A stretch of DNA of 64,000 nucleotides from Thermodesulfobacteriota bacterium (GTDB lineage Bacteria > Desulfobacterota > Desulfobulbia > Desulfobulbales > SURF-16), in the NCBI GenBank assembly GCA_039715015.1, contig JBDLIE010000005.1, positions 32,001 through 96,000 of the forward strand. Reading direction: 5' to 3'. The position numbers and the translations under genes were made by a program. Positions 37,617 to 48,490 of the stretch are shown piece after piece. The notes beneath the pieces are model-generated. The model was not told the origin of the DNA. It saw only the letters and a program-made list of their open reading frames with translations, and ran no database searches. How positions within the stretch are numbered: position 1 is the stretch's first letter; every line of letters begins with the position of its first letter.

Positions 37617-38453
37617 ATGTGGGAATATACGGATAAGGTTAAGGACCATTTTCTTAACCCAAGAAATGTCGGAGAAATAGAAGATGCCGACGGGGTAGGG
37701 GATGTTGGGTCCCTGTCCTGCGGTGATGCTTTGAAGTTTACCTTCAAGTTGGGCGATGATGGCCGGATTGTTGATGCAAAATTTAAGACATTTGGCTGTG
37801 CAAGTGCCATTGCATCGTCTTCAGCCCTGACCTTGATGGTTATTGGCCTCACCCTGGCAGAGGCCGAAAAAATTACCAATGAGGACCTCGCTGATTTCTT
37901 GGGTGGTTTACCTAAAGAGAAGATGCACTGCTCGGTGATGGGGCGTGAAGCCCTGGAAGCAGCTATTGCTAACTATCGCGGTGTTGAGTTGCCGCAGGCT
38001 GAAGGTGAGGTGGTTTGTGAGTGTTTTGGCGTTACCGATGTTGAAATACGCCGGGCCATTGAAGAAAGTGATCTAAAAACGCTTGAAGAGGTTACAAATT
38101 TCACCAAGGCCGGCGGTGGTTGCGGCAAGTGTGAAGATCGTATCCAGGAGTTGATAGATGAGGTCCGTAAGAACGCTCCAAAAACTATCCCCATGTCAGG
38201 TGCTAAACGCTTGACCACAGTCCAGAAAATCAAGATGATCGAGGATGTTTTTGAGCGTGAAGTCAGGCCCAATCTGAAAAAAGATGGTGGAGACATTGAG
38301 CTCGTCGATGTTGATGGCGATTATGTTATAGTATCTTTGCGCGGAGCCTGTGTCAGCTGCGCAAAATCCCAGACCACCCTGAAAGAGTATGTTGAAAAGA
38401 AGCTACGGGAAGAGGTCCTTGAGACCCTGATTGTTGAGGAGAGCAAAGGATGA
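37617..38453 (+). CDS. nifU: Fe-S cluster assembly scaffold NifU
   Basis: MWEYTDKVKDHF, SCGDAL, FGCASAIAS, KMHCSVM, VCECF...GGCGKC, DGGDIEL...GACVSC; start ATG 37617. Confidence 0.95.
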   Translation: MWEYTDKVKDHFLNPRNVGEIEDADGVGDVGSLSCGDALKFTFKLGDDGRIVDAKFKTFGCASAIASSSALTLMVIGLTLAEAEKITNEDLADFLGGLPKEKMHCSVMGREALEAAIANYRGVELPQAEGEVVCECFGVTDVEIRRAIEESDLKTLEEVTNFTKAGGGCGKCEDRIQELIDEVRKNAPKTIPMSGAKRLTTVQKIKMIEDVFEREVRPNLKKDGGDIELVDVDGDYVIVSLRGACVSCAKSQTTLKEYVEKKLREEVLETLIVEESKG

Positions 38454-39676
38454 GCGAGCCTAAAACCATATATATGGACAACAACGCAACAACTCGTGTT
38501 GCCCCTGAAGTTCTTGAGATCATGTTGCCATATTTCAGCGATCTCTATGGCAATCCCTCTTCAATGCATAGTTTCGGAGATCAAGTCGGTGGTGCGGTGA
38601 AGAAGGCCAGGCAGCAGATTGCCGATCTGCTTGGTGCTCATCCTGATGAGATTATTTTCACCAGTTGCGGCACAGAGAGTGATTCCACGGCTATTTTCTC
38701 GGCACTGCAGACTTCGGTTGAGAAGCGTCATATCGTCACCACCCGTGTCGAACATCCGGCTGTGAAAAATCTATGTGAGAACCTTGATCGCCTCACCGGC
38801 CATAAGCATCGTGTTACCCAGCTTCCTGTTGAAAGTGATGGCACCATAGACCTGAAACGCTATGAGAATGCCTTGTCCGACGACACAGCCATTGTCAGTG
38901 TCATGTGGGCTAATAACGAAACCGGAGTCATTTTTCCCATTGATGAAATGGCCAGGATTGCCAAAAGTCGTGGTATTCTCTTCCATACTGACGCGGTTCA
39001 GGCGGTGGGTAAGATACCTATAAATCTTGCTGAAACGCCGGTTGATTTTCTTTCCCTGTCTGGTCATAAGCTCCACGCTCCCAAGGGAGTTGGGGTTCTT
39101 TATGTCCGTAAACGTACTCCTTATATGCCTTTTCTCATGGGTGGCCACCAGGAACATGGTCGCCGGGGCGGTACAGAGAATGTTGCGTCTATTATTGGTC
39201 TTGGCAAGGCCTGTGAACTTGCCGGTAAAAATATGCAGCGGGAAAATACCACGGTTCGTGTTCTGCGTGATAAGCTTGAAAACGGCTTAATGAACTCCAT
39301 ACCAAATACCATTCTTAATGGTCATAAAGAAGATCGGCTCCCAAACACCACTAATGTCAGCTTTGAATATGTGGAAGGAGAGGCCATCTTACTGCATCTG
39401 GATCGATTCGGCATTTGTGCCTCTTCGGGCTCAGCCTGTACTTCCGGCTCTTTAGAGCCATCCCATGTTTTGCGTGCCATGGGTGTGCCTTTTACAGCTG
39501 CTCACGGCTCCATTCGTTTCAGTCTAAGTGTCTATAATACAGAGGACGAGGTTGATTATATTTTAGAGCAATTACCGCCCATCATCGCTAATCTTCGTGA
39601 GATGTCTCCTTTCTGGAAAGATCGTGATAAGATAGCCGGCGGTGGCTCCTGTAGCAGTTGCGGATGTGGTAAATAA
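38450..39676 (+). CDS. nifS: Cysteine desulfurase NifS
   Basis: YMDNNATT, HTDAVQ, SGHKLHAPKG, SSGSACTS. Confidence 0.95.
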   Translation: MSEPKTIYMDNNATTRVAPEVLEIMLPYFSDLYGNPSSMHSFGDQVGGAVKKARQQIADLLGAHPDEIIFTSCGTESDSTAIFSALQTSVEKRHIVTTRVEHPAVKNLCENLDRLTGHKHRVTQLPVESDGTIDLKRYENALSDDTAIVSVMWANNETGVIFPIDEMARIAKSRGILFHTDAVQAVGKIPINLAETPVDFLSLSGHKLHAPKGVGVLYVRKRTPYMPFLMGGHQEHGRRGGTENVASIIGLGKACELAGKNMQRENTTVRVLRDKLENGLMNSIPNTILNGHKEDRLPNTTNVSFEYVEGEAILLHLDRFGICASSGSACTSGSLEPSHVLRAMGVPFTAAHGSIRFSLSVYNTEDEVDYILEQLPPIIANLREMSPFWKDRDKIAGGGSCSSCGCGK

Positions 39677-39754
39677 GTAAGTAGTCAAGCCCTGAGAGTT
39701 TGTTTTTCCATCGGGCTTGATAATTCCTTTTAACCTAAGACTTCCTGAGAAAAT

Positions 39755-40708
39755 ATGATTGTCATCCCACCATCCTATGAGATCCTGAACGATCTTGATC
39801 AGCAGAGCCTCCCTATTCGTATCGAGGTTTGTGGTCGCCTTTGCTACAAAAGTGAAGATAAGATTACTGATGAGTCAGCCCCGGCTTTTATTAGAAATAT
39901 CTTAAAGCATGGCCATAATTCTGTGGCGGAAATGGCAGTTGTCACCTTGGAAGTAATAGTAGAGAAAGAATCGCTTGCCAGCCAGCTTTTTAAAGCACAG
40001 CCCAAATTCTTGAATGTTGACTTGTTGGAGAAAAACATTCTCCTTATCACAGCATCTGTGCGGGCATTTCGTGAGCTGTATCTTGACCACGGTAATATTA
40101 AAATAGTCAAAGCCATCACAGCCTTTCTTCTGAAAAGGCATCCCCTCTTTTTTGAGGATATAACCCCTGAGCGTGGAATTGTGCCTCAGAGCGGGGTTAT
40201 GGTTAAGAAACTCTACCTCTCGGAGGTGGAGAATCTTCCTGTTAATATCTTTGCCCGTCATCGTTATCTTGCCGTTAAATTTACGGTTAATCGGGCTGTA
40301 ACCCATGAGATGGTGCGCCACCGTCCATGTAGTTTCCTGCAGGAGAGCCAGCGCTATTGCCGTTATGGCACAGATAAGTTTGGCAACCAGGTCACCTTTG
40401 TGAAACCTCTTTTTTATGATGACCAGGAGAGCGAAGAGTACAAGCTGTGGGCCCAGGCCATGGAGGATACCGAGAAAATCTATCTCAAACTTCTGGAAAC
40501 ATCCACCCCCCAAGCTGCTCGGACAGTTCTTCCTAATTCCTGCAAAACCGAGTTGATTGTCTATGCCAACCTTATCCAGTGGGTTCATATGTTTAAGCTG
40601 CGTGTTGCTAAGGGCGCTGATCCGTCAATGCGTGAGGTCATGATCCCCCTGTTGGCTGATTTTGCTGAACAGTTTCCTGAGGTTTTTGGACCTCTGGTGC
40701 AGGAATAA
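39755..40708 (+). CDS. thyX: FAD-dependent thymidylate synthase
   Basis: HGHNSVAE, RAVTHEMVRHR, SFLQESQRY, ARTVLPN. Confidence 0.9.
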   Translation: MIVIPPSYEILNDLDQQSLPIRIEVCGRLCYKSEDKITDESAPAFIRNILKHGHNSVAEMAVVTLEVIVEKESLASQLFKAQPKFLNVDLLEKNILLITASVRAFRELYLDHGNIKIVKAITAFLLKRHPLFFEDITPERGIVPQSGVMVKKLYLSEVENLPVNIFARHRYLAVKFTVNRAVTHEMVRHRPCSFLQESQRYCRYGTDKFGNQVTFVKPLFYDDQESEEYKLWAQAMEDTEKIYLKLLETSTPQAARTVLPNSCKTELIVYANLIQWVHMFKLRVAKGADPSMREVMIPLLADFAEQFPEVFGPLVQE

Positions 40709-40748
40709 AATAATTCAGCATTTTTTCTGTTAAGGGGAATGGTCCCTG

Positions 40749-40788
40749 AAAAGCTCCTCCATTCATCTAGTTGGCGGGAGCTTTTTTT
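40749..40788 (+). terminator. Intrinsic terminator after thyX
   Basis: aaaagctcc...ggagctttt inverted repeat with T-run. Confidence 0.7.
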
Positions 40789-40984
40789 GCGTGTGGCAAA
40801 ATAAGTAGTTCTGCGGATTGCCTTTTGCGGAAAACTAGGGTAATCACACTAGGCTTTTTTTGAATTATACCGCTGTTTACTTACAACGTTAATTTGAGTG
40901 GTTATTTTTTTTAACCGCTTATTTTTTTAAGCTAATGACGAGTCAGAAATTCTCGTCTTAGTGAAACTTTATATGGAGGGAAAA

Positions 40985-42751
40985 ATGGCTCTTGATCCTA
41001 CTAAGCATGCGGATTGGGAAATCGCGCAAGATGCAGAAAAGAACATGAAAACCGTCTATGAGCTTGGCGAGATACTCGGTCTTGATAAAGAAGAGGTTCT
41101 GCCCTACGGCCACTATGTTGGTAAGCTTGATTTTAATAAAATCATGGGTCGCCTCGCCGACAAACCAGATGGCAAGTATGTTGACGTAACAGCTATTTCC
41201 CCCACCCCCCTTGGTGAAGGTAAATCCACCTGTGCCATGGGTCTTGTTCAGGGTCTTGGCAAGCGTAACAAGTCTGTTGTTGGTGCTATTCGCCAGCCCT
41301 CCGGCGGACCCACCATGAACATCAAGGGCTCTGCCGCTGGTGGTGGTCTTGCTCAGTGTATTCCCCTTACCGAGTTTTCCCTCGGTCTCACCGGTGACAT
41401 CAACGCCATCATGAACGCCCATAACCTGGGTATGGTGGCTCTGACCTCCCGTATGCAGCATGAGGCCAACTACACCGATGAGCAGCTTGGTAAGCGTAAC
41501 CTCAAGCGCCTTAATATCCATCCCAAGAAGGTTGAGTTCAACTGGATCTTGGATTTCTGTGCCCAGGCCCTGCGGGATATCACCATTGGTCAGGGACCCG
41601 GCAAGATGGACGGCTTTACCATGAAGTCCTCCTTTGCCATTGCCGTATCTTCCGAGATCATGGCTATCCTTTCTGTTGCCAATGACCTGGCTGATATGCG
41701 TCGCCGTATCGCTAAGATCGTTGTTGCCTATGACAAACAGGATCGTCCCATCACCACTGCTGACCTTGAAGTTGACGGCGCTATGACCGCTTGGATGGTC
41801 CAGGCCCTGAACCCCAACCTGATGCAGACCCTGGAAGGCCAGCCGGTCCTGGTTCATGCCGGTCCTTTTGCCAATATCGCCATTGGTCAGTCCTCAGTTA
41901 TTGCTGACCGTGTTGGTCTGAAGATTGCCGACTACAACGTAACCGAGTCTGGCTTTGGTGCTGATATCGGTTTTGAGAAGTTCTGGAACCTCAAGTGTCG
42001 TTTCTCCGGTAATAAGCCTAACTGTGCTGTTGTTGTTGCCACCATCCGCGCTCTGAAATGCCACGGTGGTGCACCTATTCCGGTACCTGGAAAGCCCATG
42101 CCTGATGAGTATAATAAGGAGAATGTCGGCTGGGTTGAAGAGGGTTGTAAGAACCTTATCCACCACATTGAGACCGTTAAGAAGGCAGGTATCAACCCTG
42201 TTGTCTGTATCAACGCCTTCTACACCGATACCGACAACGAGATTAAGGCTGTGCGCCGCATCTGTGAGGCTGCCGGTGCCCGCGTTGCCCTGTCCCGTCA
42301 TTGGGAACATGGTGGTGACGGTGCTCTGGAGTTTGCTGACGCCGTTGTTGATGCCTGTGAAGAGCCTAACGACTTCAAGTTTCTCTATGATCTCTCTGAT
42401 CCCCTTGAGAAGCGTATCGATCTCATTGCCAAAGAGGTATACGGCGCTGATGGCGTAACTTATACCCCTGAGGCCCAGGCCAAGCTCAAGCGTCTTGAGG
42501 CTGATCCTGAGCTGAAGGAGATGGGGACCTGTATGGTTAAGACCCATCTCTCTCTCTCCCATAATCCTGCCCTCAAAGGTACTCCTAAGGGCTGGACCCT
42601 GCCAATCCGCGACATCCTCACCTATAAGGGTGCTGGTTTTGTTGTGCCTGTTGCTGGGGCCATCAGCCTTATGCCTGGTACCGGGTCTGATCCGGCCTAT
42701 CGCCGTGTTGATGTTGATGTTGAGACTGGCAAGGTTAAGGGTGTTTTCTAA
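40985..42751 (+). CDS. fhs: Formate--tetrahydrofolate ligase
   Basis: [40 protein letters not shown]; start ATG 40985 after GGAGG. Confidence 0.97.
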   Translation: MALDPTKHADWEIAQDAEKNMKTVYELGEILGLDKEEVLPYGHYVGKLDFNKIMGRLADKPDGKYVDVTAISPTPLGEGKSTCAMGLVQGLGKRNKSVVGAIRQPSGGPTMNIKGSAAGGGLAQCIPLTEFSLGLTGDINAIMNAHNLGMVALTSRMQHEANYTDEQLGKRNLKRLNIHPKKVEFNWILDFCAQALRDITIGQGPGKMDGFTMKSSFAIAVSSEIMAILSVANDLADMRRRIAKIVVAYDKQDRPITTADLEVDGAMTAWMVQALNPNLMQTLEGQPVLVHAGPFANIAIGQSSVIADRVGLKIADYNVTESGFGADIGFEKFWNLKCRFSGNKPNCAVVVATIRALKCHGGAPIPVPGKPMPDEYNKENVGWVEEGCKNLIHHIETVKKAGINPVVCINAFYTDTDNEIKAVRRICEAAGARVALSRHWEHGGDGALEFADAVVDACEEPNDFKFLYDLSDPLEKRIDLIAKEVYGADGVTYTPEAQAKLKRLEADPELKEMGTCMVKTHLSLSHNPALKGTPKGWTLPIRDILTYKGAGFVVPVAGAISLMPGTGSDPAYRRVDVDVETGKVKGVF

Positions 42752-42779
42752 GAAATTTACACACTTACATCTTGATTCA

Positions 42780-42818
42780 TAAAAAAAGCAGAGTCTATTT
42801 TAGACTCTGCTTTTTTTA
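42780..42818 (+). terminator. Intrinsic terminator after fhs
   Basis: taaaaaaagcagagtcta-ttt-tagactctgcttttttta. Confidence 0.85.
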
Positions 42819-42928
42819 TTTGGCTTCGTGGAGAATAAAGTTGCATCTGGGCTAACTCTTCTCCTACAATAACTTGATGGGATCCCGTTATTTTAATCTT
42901 TTAATCTCTTTATTATCATATTTTATAC

Positions 42929-45145
42929 ATGACCGCGAGCAATCCAAAAGCAGGTAAGAGCAGCCTTTCCGCTTCAGTAAAAGATCAATCCGGGGCCGGA
43001 AAGCTCAAAATTGGTGAGATCCTTCGTAAAGAGGGGCAGATCACCAAGAATATGCTTGAACAGGCTGTTGGTATCCAAAAGAAACAGGGGGGGCGTCTCA
43101 GCTCTATTCTTCTTAGCCTTGGCTATATCGACGAGGACACGGTTTGTAAGATTCTCAGCCGCGTTCAGAGTTTTACCGTCATCACCATAAAGGACGAGCA
43201 TCCGAATAAGGAAGTTTTTGATCTTGTTCCCTACGAATTGGCTAAGAAATACATGATGCTGCCAATTCGTAAGACTGACAAGACCCTGCAGATCACCATG
43301 GCCGAGCCCACTGATACCCAAGCTGTGGATGAACTTCAGTTTGAATTGAAGCTTGGCCTTTCGGTAGGAGTGTCAACAGAACGTGATATCATCGAGGGTT
43401 TTAAGGAATTCTACAATATTCCTAATGAGGAGTATCTTGAACTGCTCAACATTGAAGAGGGTGTTGGGGAGGAAGAGGAAGAGATAACCAGTATTGATGA
43501 TTTTGGCTCCTTGGCCTCGGAAGTTGCTGATGATATGGCCATTGAGGCTGATGATATGGATGAGGGGCCTGAGGAGTTTTCCGCCTCTGATGCGCCGATC
43601 ATCAAGCTTGTGAACGGTATCTTGATCAAGGCGGTCAAGGATGGGGTGAGTGACGTTCATATCGAACCCTATGAGAAAAATCTTCAGGTTCGTTACCGTC
43701 TTGATGGCTCCCTCTACAAGTCCATGAATCTGCCCATAGGAATCAAGAATGCCCTGACCTCAAGGATGAAAATCCTTGCCACACTTGATATCACCGAGCG
43801 CCGAATTCCCCAGGATGGTCGTATCAAGATGCGTATCGGCAAAAACAGGGTGGTTGATTTTCGTGTCTCCACCTTGCCCACCCTTTGGGGTGAGTCCATT
43901 GTTCTGCGTATCTTGGATAAGAGTTCTCTTAATGTCGACCTTGTTAAGCTCGGTTTTGAGGTTGCAACCTTTGATGCCTTAAAGCGTTGCCTCAATCGCC
44001 CCCAAGGTTTGCTGCTTGTTACAGGTCCCACCGGTTCCGGTAAAACAGTTACCCTCTACTCTGCTCTTAATTCGTTGAACCAGGAGGACACAAAAATCCT
44101 CACCGCTGAAGATCCGGTGGAATTTAACTTTAAAGGGATTAACCAGGTTAATGTCCATCAGGAAGTGGGAATGACCTTTCCGGCCGCCCTGAAGGCCTTT
44201 CTTCGCCAGGATCCTGATATCATCATGGTTGGTGAGATTCGTGATATGGAGACTGCTGAAATCGCTATTAAGGCAGCGATGACCGGTCATCTTGTTTTCT
44301 CGACCCTCCATACCAATGACGCGGCTGCCACCATTGGTCGTCTTGTCGATATCGGCATCCCGCCCTATATGTTGGCCTCGTCCCTTACCATGGTTCTGGC
44401 TCAGCGCCTCGGCCGCCGCCTCTGTCAAAAATGTATGTCTCCCATTGATCGCCCTGATGAAAAATTGTTGTTGTCCATGGGGTTCACTGAGGAATTGCTT
44501 GAAAAAGAATGGACTCTCCATGAAAAGAAAGGCTGTTCGGCATGTAATGGCGGTGGTTATAAAGGCCGGGTAGGGTTTTTCGAGCTCATGGAGGTGACTG
44601 ATGATGTTGCTGAGGCCATTAATGCCCAAGTGGCTGAAGAGCAGCTGCGCAAGGTTGCCGTTCAGGAGGGCATGAACCCACTGCGCTATGCCGCCATACT
44701 CAAGGCAACTCAGGGAATCACTGATTTGCATGAGGTGGAGCGTCGTACTATTCTTAACGAGGAGAGTTTGCCGGCCTATCTGGTGAACCCTGATGTTGAA
44801 CTGTATGAAGATGGCGACGACATCATACATCAAGGCAATAAGGATAGTGATTTTTTCCAGCTCCTGCAGGGGACGGTGATGGTTGTTCGTGACGGGAAAA
44901 GGATCGCAGACATTAAGGAGCCCGGCGAATATTTTGGTGAGATGTCAGCTATCTCTGGGGAGCCACGCTCTGCGTCCATTGTTTCCAAAGGGCGCTCAAA
45001 GATCAAACGGTATCCGGGCGACAAGATTATGGAGGTTATCCAGACCCAGCCCAAGGTTGCCCGTTACCTCTTTAAGACTCTGGTCAATCGTCTTTCTCAA
45101 ACATCTGATATTATTGTCAAGCTTGCTGAAAACGCCCATCGCTAA
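42929..45145 (+). CDS. pilB: Type IV pilus assembly ATPase PilB with C-terminal cyclic-nucleotide-binding domain
   Basis: MshEN-like N-terminus, SDVHIEP, GPTGSGKT, AEDPVE, LRQDPDIIMVGEIRD, CQKC/CSAC; extension GEYFGEMS...PRSAS. Confidence 0.9.
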   Translation: MTASNPKAGKSSLSASVKDQSGAGKLKIGEILRKEGQITKNMLEQAVGIQKKQGGRLSSILLSLGYIDEDTVCKILSRVQSFTVITIKDEHPNKEVFDLVPYELAKKYMMLPIRKTDKTLQITMAEPTDTQAVDELQFELKLGLSVGVSTERDIIEGFKEFYNIPNEEYLELLNIEEGVGEEEEEITSIDDFGSLASEVADDMAIEADDMDEGPEEFSASDAPIIKLVNGILIKAVKDGVSDVHIEPYEKNLQVRYRLDGSLYKSMNLPIGIKNALTSRMKILATLDITERRIPQDGRIKMRIGKNRVVDFRVSTLPTLWGESIVLRILDKSSLNVDLVKLGFEVATFDALKRCLNRPQGLLLVTGPTGSGKTVTLYSALNSLNQEDTKILTAEDPVEFNFKGINQVNVHQEVGMTFPAALKAFLRQDPDIIMVGEIRDMETAEIAIKAAMTGHLVFSTLHTNDAAATIGRLVDIGIPPYMLASSLTMVLAQRLGRRLCQKCMSPIDRPDEKLLLSMGFTEELLEKEWTLHEKKGCSACNGGGYKGRVGFFELMEVTDDVAEAINAQVAEEQLRKVAVQEGMNPLRYAAILKATQGITDLHEVERRTILNEESLPAYLVNPDVELYEDGDDIIHQGNKDSDFFQLLQGTVMVVRDGKRIADIKEPGEYFGEMSAISGEPRSASIVSKGRSKIKRYPGDKIMEVIQTQPKVARYLFKTLVNRLSQTSDIIVKLAENAHR

Positions 45146-45513
45146 AAAATCTTTTTAGCCTCATTTCCCCCTCTTTTCCCGTTCGTCCAACCCTCTTCTG
45201 TAATATTACCTAATCTTCTTAGGTAGAGTTACTGGCTTTTAAAAAAGTGTGTGAAAAAAGCGGCTTACTCCTGTCGAAAATGAAGTTTAGAACGTATAAA
45301 TTTGTTGCGAAAAGCATTTTTTTTCACTAGTATCTATGACTCCAAATCTTCGTGGTTATTCCCGGTTGAGCTCATAATTTAAGCGAACTTTTAACGATTT
45401 TAGGAACAGTATAAGGAAAACTACGCTCCTGGAAATAGGAAGATTTTAGTCCGACATACTATTCATGGTTTAATTTTTTTTTGATTCACCATATTTGTTT
45501 ATAAGGAGATCCA

Positions 45514-46398
45514 ATGAGTGCCAAGATTATAAGTGGAACCGAAACAGCAAAGGCTATTCGGGAAGAACTGCAGGTTGAAGTAGCTGAACTTAAGGACAAG
45601 CATGGCGTTGTGCCAGGCCTTGTAACAATTCTTGTCGGCGAGGACCCTGCTTCACAATCCTACGTGAGTGCAAAAAATAAAACAGCTCATGCTCTTGGTA
45701 TACATTCTGAGCAGGTAACCTTGGATGTCGACACCAGTGAGGAAGATCTCCTGGCCCTTGTTGATAAATATAATAAAGACGACAAAATTAACGGCATCTT
45801 GGTTCAGCTCCCTTTGCCTAAGCATATCAACGAAGCCAAGGTCCTCTACGCAATTGACCCTGAAAAGGATGTTGACGGTTTTCATCCTGTTAATGTCGGC
45901 AAAATGGTGCTTGGAGAGCAATGCTTTTTGCCATGTACTCCCCACGGCATCCTGGAACTCCTTACCCGTTCCGGCGTTGAAACCAGTGGTGCTGAGGTTG
46001 TCGTGGTTGGTCGTTCTAATATTGTCGGCAAACCCATTGCTAACCTCATGCTGCAAAAGCGTGATGCCGGTAACGCCACCATTACCCTGTGTCATACCCG
46101 CACCAAGGATATGGATATCCACCTTAAGCGCGCAGATATCATCATTGCCGCTGTTGGTGTGGCAAATATGATTAAGGCTGACCAGGTCAAAGAAGGCGTT
46201 GTGGTTATTGACGTTGGTGTTAACCGTGTCGGCATGAGTGCAAGCGGTAAGGCTATTTTGGCCGGTGATGTTGAGTTTGATTCCGTCAAGGAGAAGGCTT
46301 CGGCCATTACTCCTGTTCCCGGCGGCGTTGGTCCTATGACCATTACAATGTTAATGAAAAATACAGTTCAAGCGGCTCGCCAGGCGAACGGTATTTAG
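45514..46398 (+). CDS. folD: Methylene-THF dehydrogenase/cyclohydrolase
   Basis: GILVQLPLP, KDVDGFHP, PCTP, GRSNIVGKP, TPVPGGVGPMT. Confidence 0.97.
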   Translation: MSAKIISGTETAKAIREELQVEVAELKDKHGVVPGLVTILVGEDPASQSYVSAKNKTAHALGIHSEQVTLDVDTSEEDLLALVDKYNKDDKINGILVQLPLPKHINEAKVLYAIDPEKDVDGFHPVNVGKMVLGEQCFLPCTPHGILELLTRSGVETSGAEVVVVGRSNIVGKPIANLMLQKRDAGNATITLCHTRTKDMDIHLKRADIIIAAVGVANMIKADQVKEGVVVIDVGVNRVGMSASGKAILAGDVEFDSVKEKASAITPVPGGVGPMTITMLMKNTVQAARQANGI

Positions 46399-46426
46399 TG
46401 TTTTCAATTTTTTTGAGGAAATATAG

Positions 46427-48418
46427 ATGGCTACTTCAAAAACTGGGTGTGAAGGGTGCACTGATATCACGTGCTCTTCCACGAAATTAGTTCTTGAGCA
46501 AGATATAGCAAAAGACGTTACCACTGCTTATGACCGTATTCAGGCCCGTGGTATGTCTGCATGTCTGTTCGGTTCCGGTGGTACGTGTTGCCGTAACTGT
46601 AACATGGGGCCTTGTCAGATCATAGATGGTGTTGCTGACATGATCGGTGTTTGTGGCGCCACTGCTGATACAGTTGCCGCCAGGAATTTCGCGCGAACTG
46701 TTGCTGCCGGTTCTGCCTCTCATGGTGACCATGCCCGTGAAATGGTTAAGGGTTTTATTGAGACTGCCAAAGGTAACGGCCCGCATGAAATTAAAGATGT
46801 GGACAAGCTGCACGATCTTGCCAAGGTTTTCGGCATTGAGACCGAGGATCGCGACAAGAACGAGATTGCCCTTGAGCTTGGCGAAATGGCCTTGGCCGAA
46901 TTTGGCAGCCAGAACGACAAAGGCTTGACCATGCTCCAGCGTGCCCCTAAAAAACGCCAGGATATTTGGAAAAAACTTGGTGTTGAGCCTCGTGGTGTTG
47001 ACCGTGAAGTAGTTGAGATGATGCATCGTACCCATATGGGGGTTGATCAGGAATATGAGAATATCATGCTCCAGGCCTCCCGTTGTGCTCTCTCTGACGG
47101 TTGGGGTTCTTCCATGCTCTCCACCGAGCTTACTGACATCATGTTCGGCACCCCTGTTCCTCGCCGTTCCATCGTTGATCTTGGCGTCTTGAAGCCCGAT
47201 CAGGTAAATGTCACCGTTCATGGTCATGAGCCCCTGCTTGCAGAATCTCTCTGTATCGCAGCCCAAGATCCTGAGATGCTTGCCCTTGCCAAGAAGCAGG
47301 GTGCCAAGGGAATCAACCTTGCCGGTGTCTGCTGTACTGGTAACGAGATCCTTATGCGCCGCGGTATCCCTGTCGCAGCCGGTTTTGTTCAGCAGGAGAT
47401 TGCTCTTTCCACTGGTGCTGTTGAGGCCATGGTCGTTGATGTCCAGTGTGTAATGCAGTCTGTGGCTGACGTTGCCAAGAGCTTTCATACCGATATTATT
47501 ACCACCAATTACCGCGCTAAGATGCCTGGTGGCGTTCATATTCAGTTTGATGAGCATGAGGCCTTAAACTCTGCAAAAGAGATTTTGACCAAAGCCATTA
47601 TGAACTATAAGAAGCGTGGTAAGTTCTTTATCCCTGAAGAGACTAAGCTTGATGTGGTTGTCGGTTTCAGCCATGAAACCATCAACTATATGCTTGGTGG
47701 TCGTTTCCGGGCCAGCTATCGTCCTTTGAATGATAACATTATCAATGGTCGTATTCGTGGTGTTGCCGCCATTGTTGGTTGTGACAATTTTAAGCTTGCA
47801 GATGATTCTCATGAGGTCATTGTTCGGGAACTTTTAAAGAACAATATCCTTGTTGTGGCCACCGGTTGTGCGGCCACCTCCTTGGGGCGTGCTGGTTTAG
47901 TAAATCCTGAAGCTGCTCAGTATTGTGGTGACAGTCTGCGTGAGGTTTGCGAGACCGTTGGTATGCCACCTGTCCTTCATATGGGTTCCTGCGTTGATAA
48001 CAGCCGCATCCTTATTGCTCTTACTCAGATGGTTCTCCAGGGCGGTCTTGGTGAAGATATCAACGATCTGCCAGCCATTGGTACAGCTCCCCTGTGGATG
48101 AGTGAGAAAGCCGTAGCCATTGGCCAGTATTTCGTGGCTAGTGGTGCTCAGGTTGTCTTCCAGGATTTGGCCACCTCCGGTGCCAAAACCTTCAACAAGT
48201 ATCTTCTTGAAGACATGATGGGAACCTATGGTGCCCATTGGAATGTTGCCAAGGATCCTAAAGAGATTGCCCGTGTCATGATTGAGGCCATTGAGTCTAA
48301 GCGCGATGCCCTTGGTATCAATAAGAAGAAAGAGCGTGTTCTTTTTGATATGAATATGCGTCGTGATCTTGGCGATGGTCAAGGCCTTACCGATGTCGGC
48401 TGTCACGGACCTGCCTAA
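46427..48418 (+). CDS. cooS: Anaerobic Ni-CO dehydrogenase catalytic subunit (AcsA)
   Basis: CCRNCNMGPC, HGHEP, GVCCTG, DVQC, GC, TGC, HMGSCVDNSR, MSEKA. Confidence 0.96.
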   Translation: MATSKTGCEGCTDITCSSTKLVLEQDIAKDVTTAYDRIQARGMSACLFGSGGTCCRNCNMGPCQIIDGVADMIGVCGATADTVAARNFARTVAAGSASHGDHAREMVKGFIETAKGNGPHEIKDVDKLHDLAKVFGIETEDRDKNEIALELGEMALAEFGSQNDKGLTMLQRAPKKRQDIWKKLGVEPRGVDREVVEMMHRTHMGVDQEYENIMLQASRCALSDGWGSSMLSTELTDIMFGTPVPRRSIVDLGVLKPDQVNVTVHGHEPLLAESLCIAAQDPEMLALAKKQGAKGINLAGVCCTGNEILMRRGIPVAAGFVQQEIALSTGAVEAMVVDVQCVMQSVADVAKSFHTDIITTNYRAKMPGGVHIQFDEHEALNSAKEILTKAIMNYKKRGKFFIPEETKLDVVVGFSHETINYMLGGRFRASYRPLNDNIINGRIRGVAAIVGCDNFKLADDSHEVIVRELLKNNILVVATGCAATSLGRAGLVNPEAAQYCGDSLREVCETVGMPPVLHMGSCVDNSRILIALTQMVLQGGLGEDINDLPAIGTAPLWMSEKAVAIGQYFVASGAQVVFQDLATSGAKTFNKYLLEDMMGTYGAHWNVAKDPKEIARVMIEAIESKRDALGINKKKERVLFDMNMRRDLGDGQGLTDVGCHGPA

Positions 48419-48490
48419 AATGTAATTTCTTTTACCGGCAGCGCACGCTGTCTGTGAATATCTAAGAATGTAACGAGAAGGATATAGCCG

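Noticed and set aside
37617..39676. nifU/nifS as evidence of nitrogen fixation
   Set aside because: No nitrogenase genes are in the window; NIF-type systems serve general Fe-S assembly in many anaerobes
40790..40984. ZTP or THF riboswitch upstream of fhs (also checked upstream of folD)
   Set aside because: AT-rich spacer with no recognisable consensus elements
40958..48406. Long antisense ORFs (e.g. 40958-41857, 43979-44833, 46487-47557)
   Set aside because: They are shadows of strongly codon-biased genes on the plus strand and have no recognisable motifs
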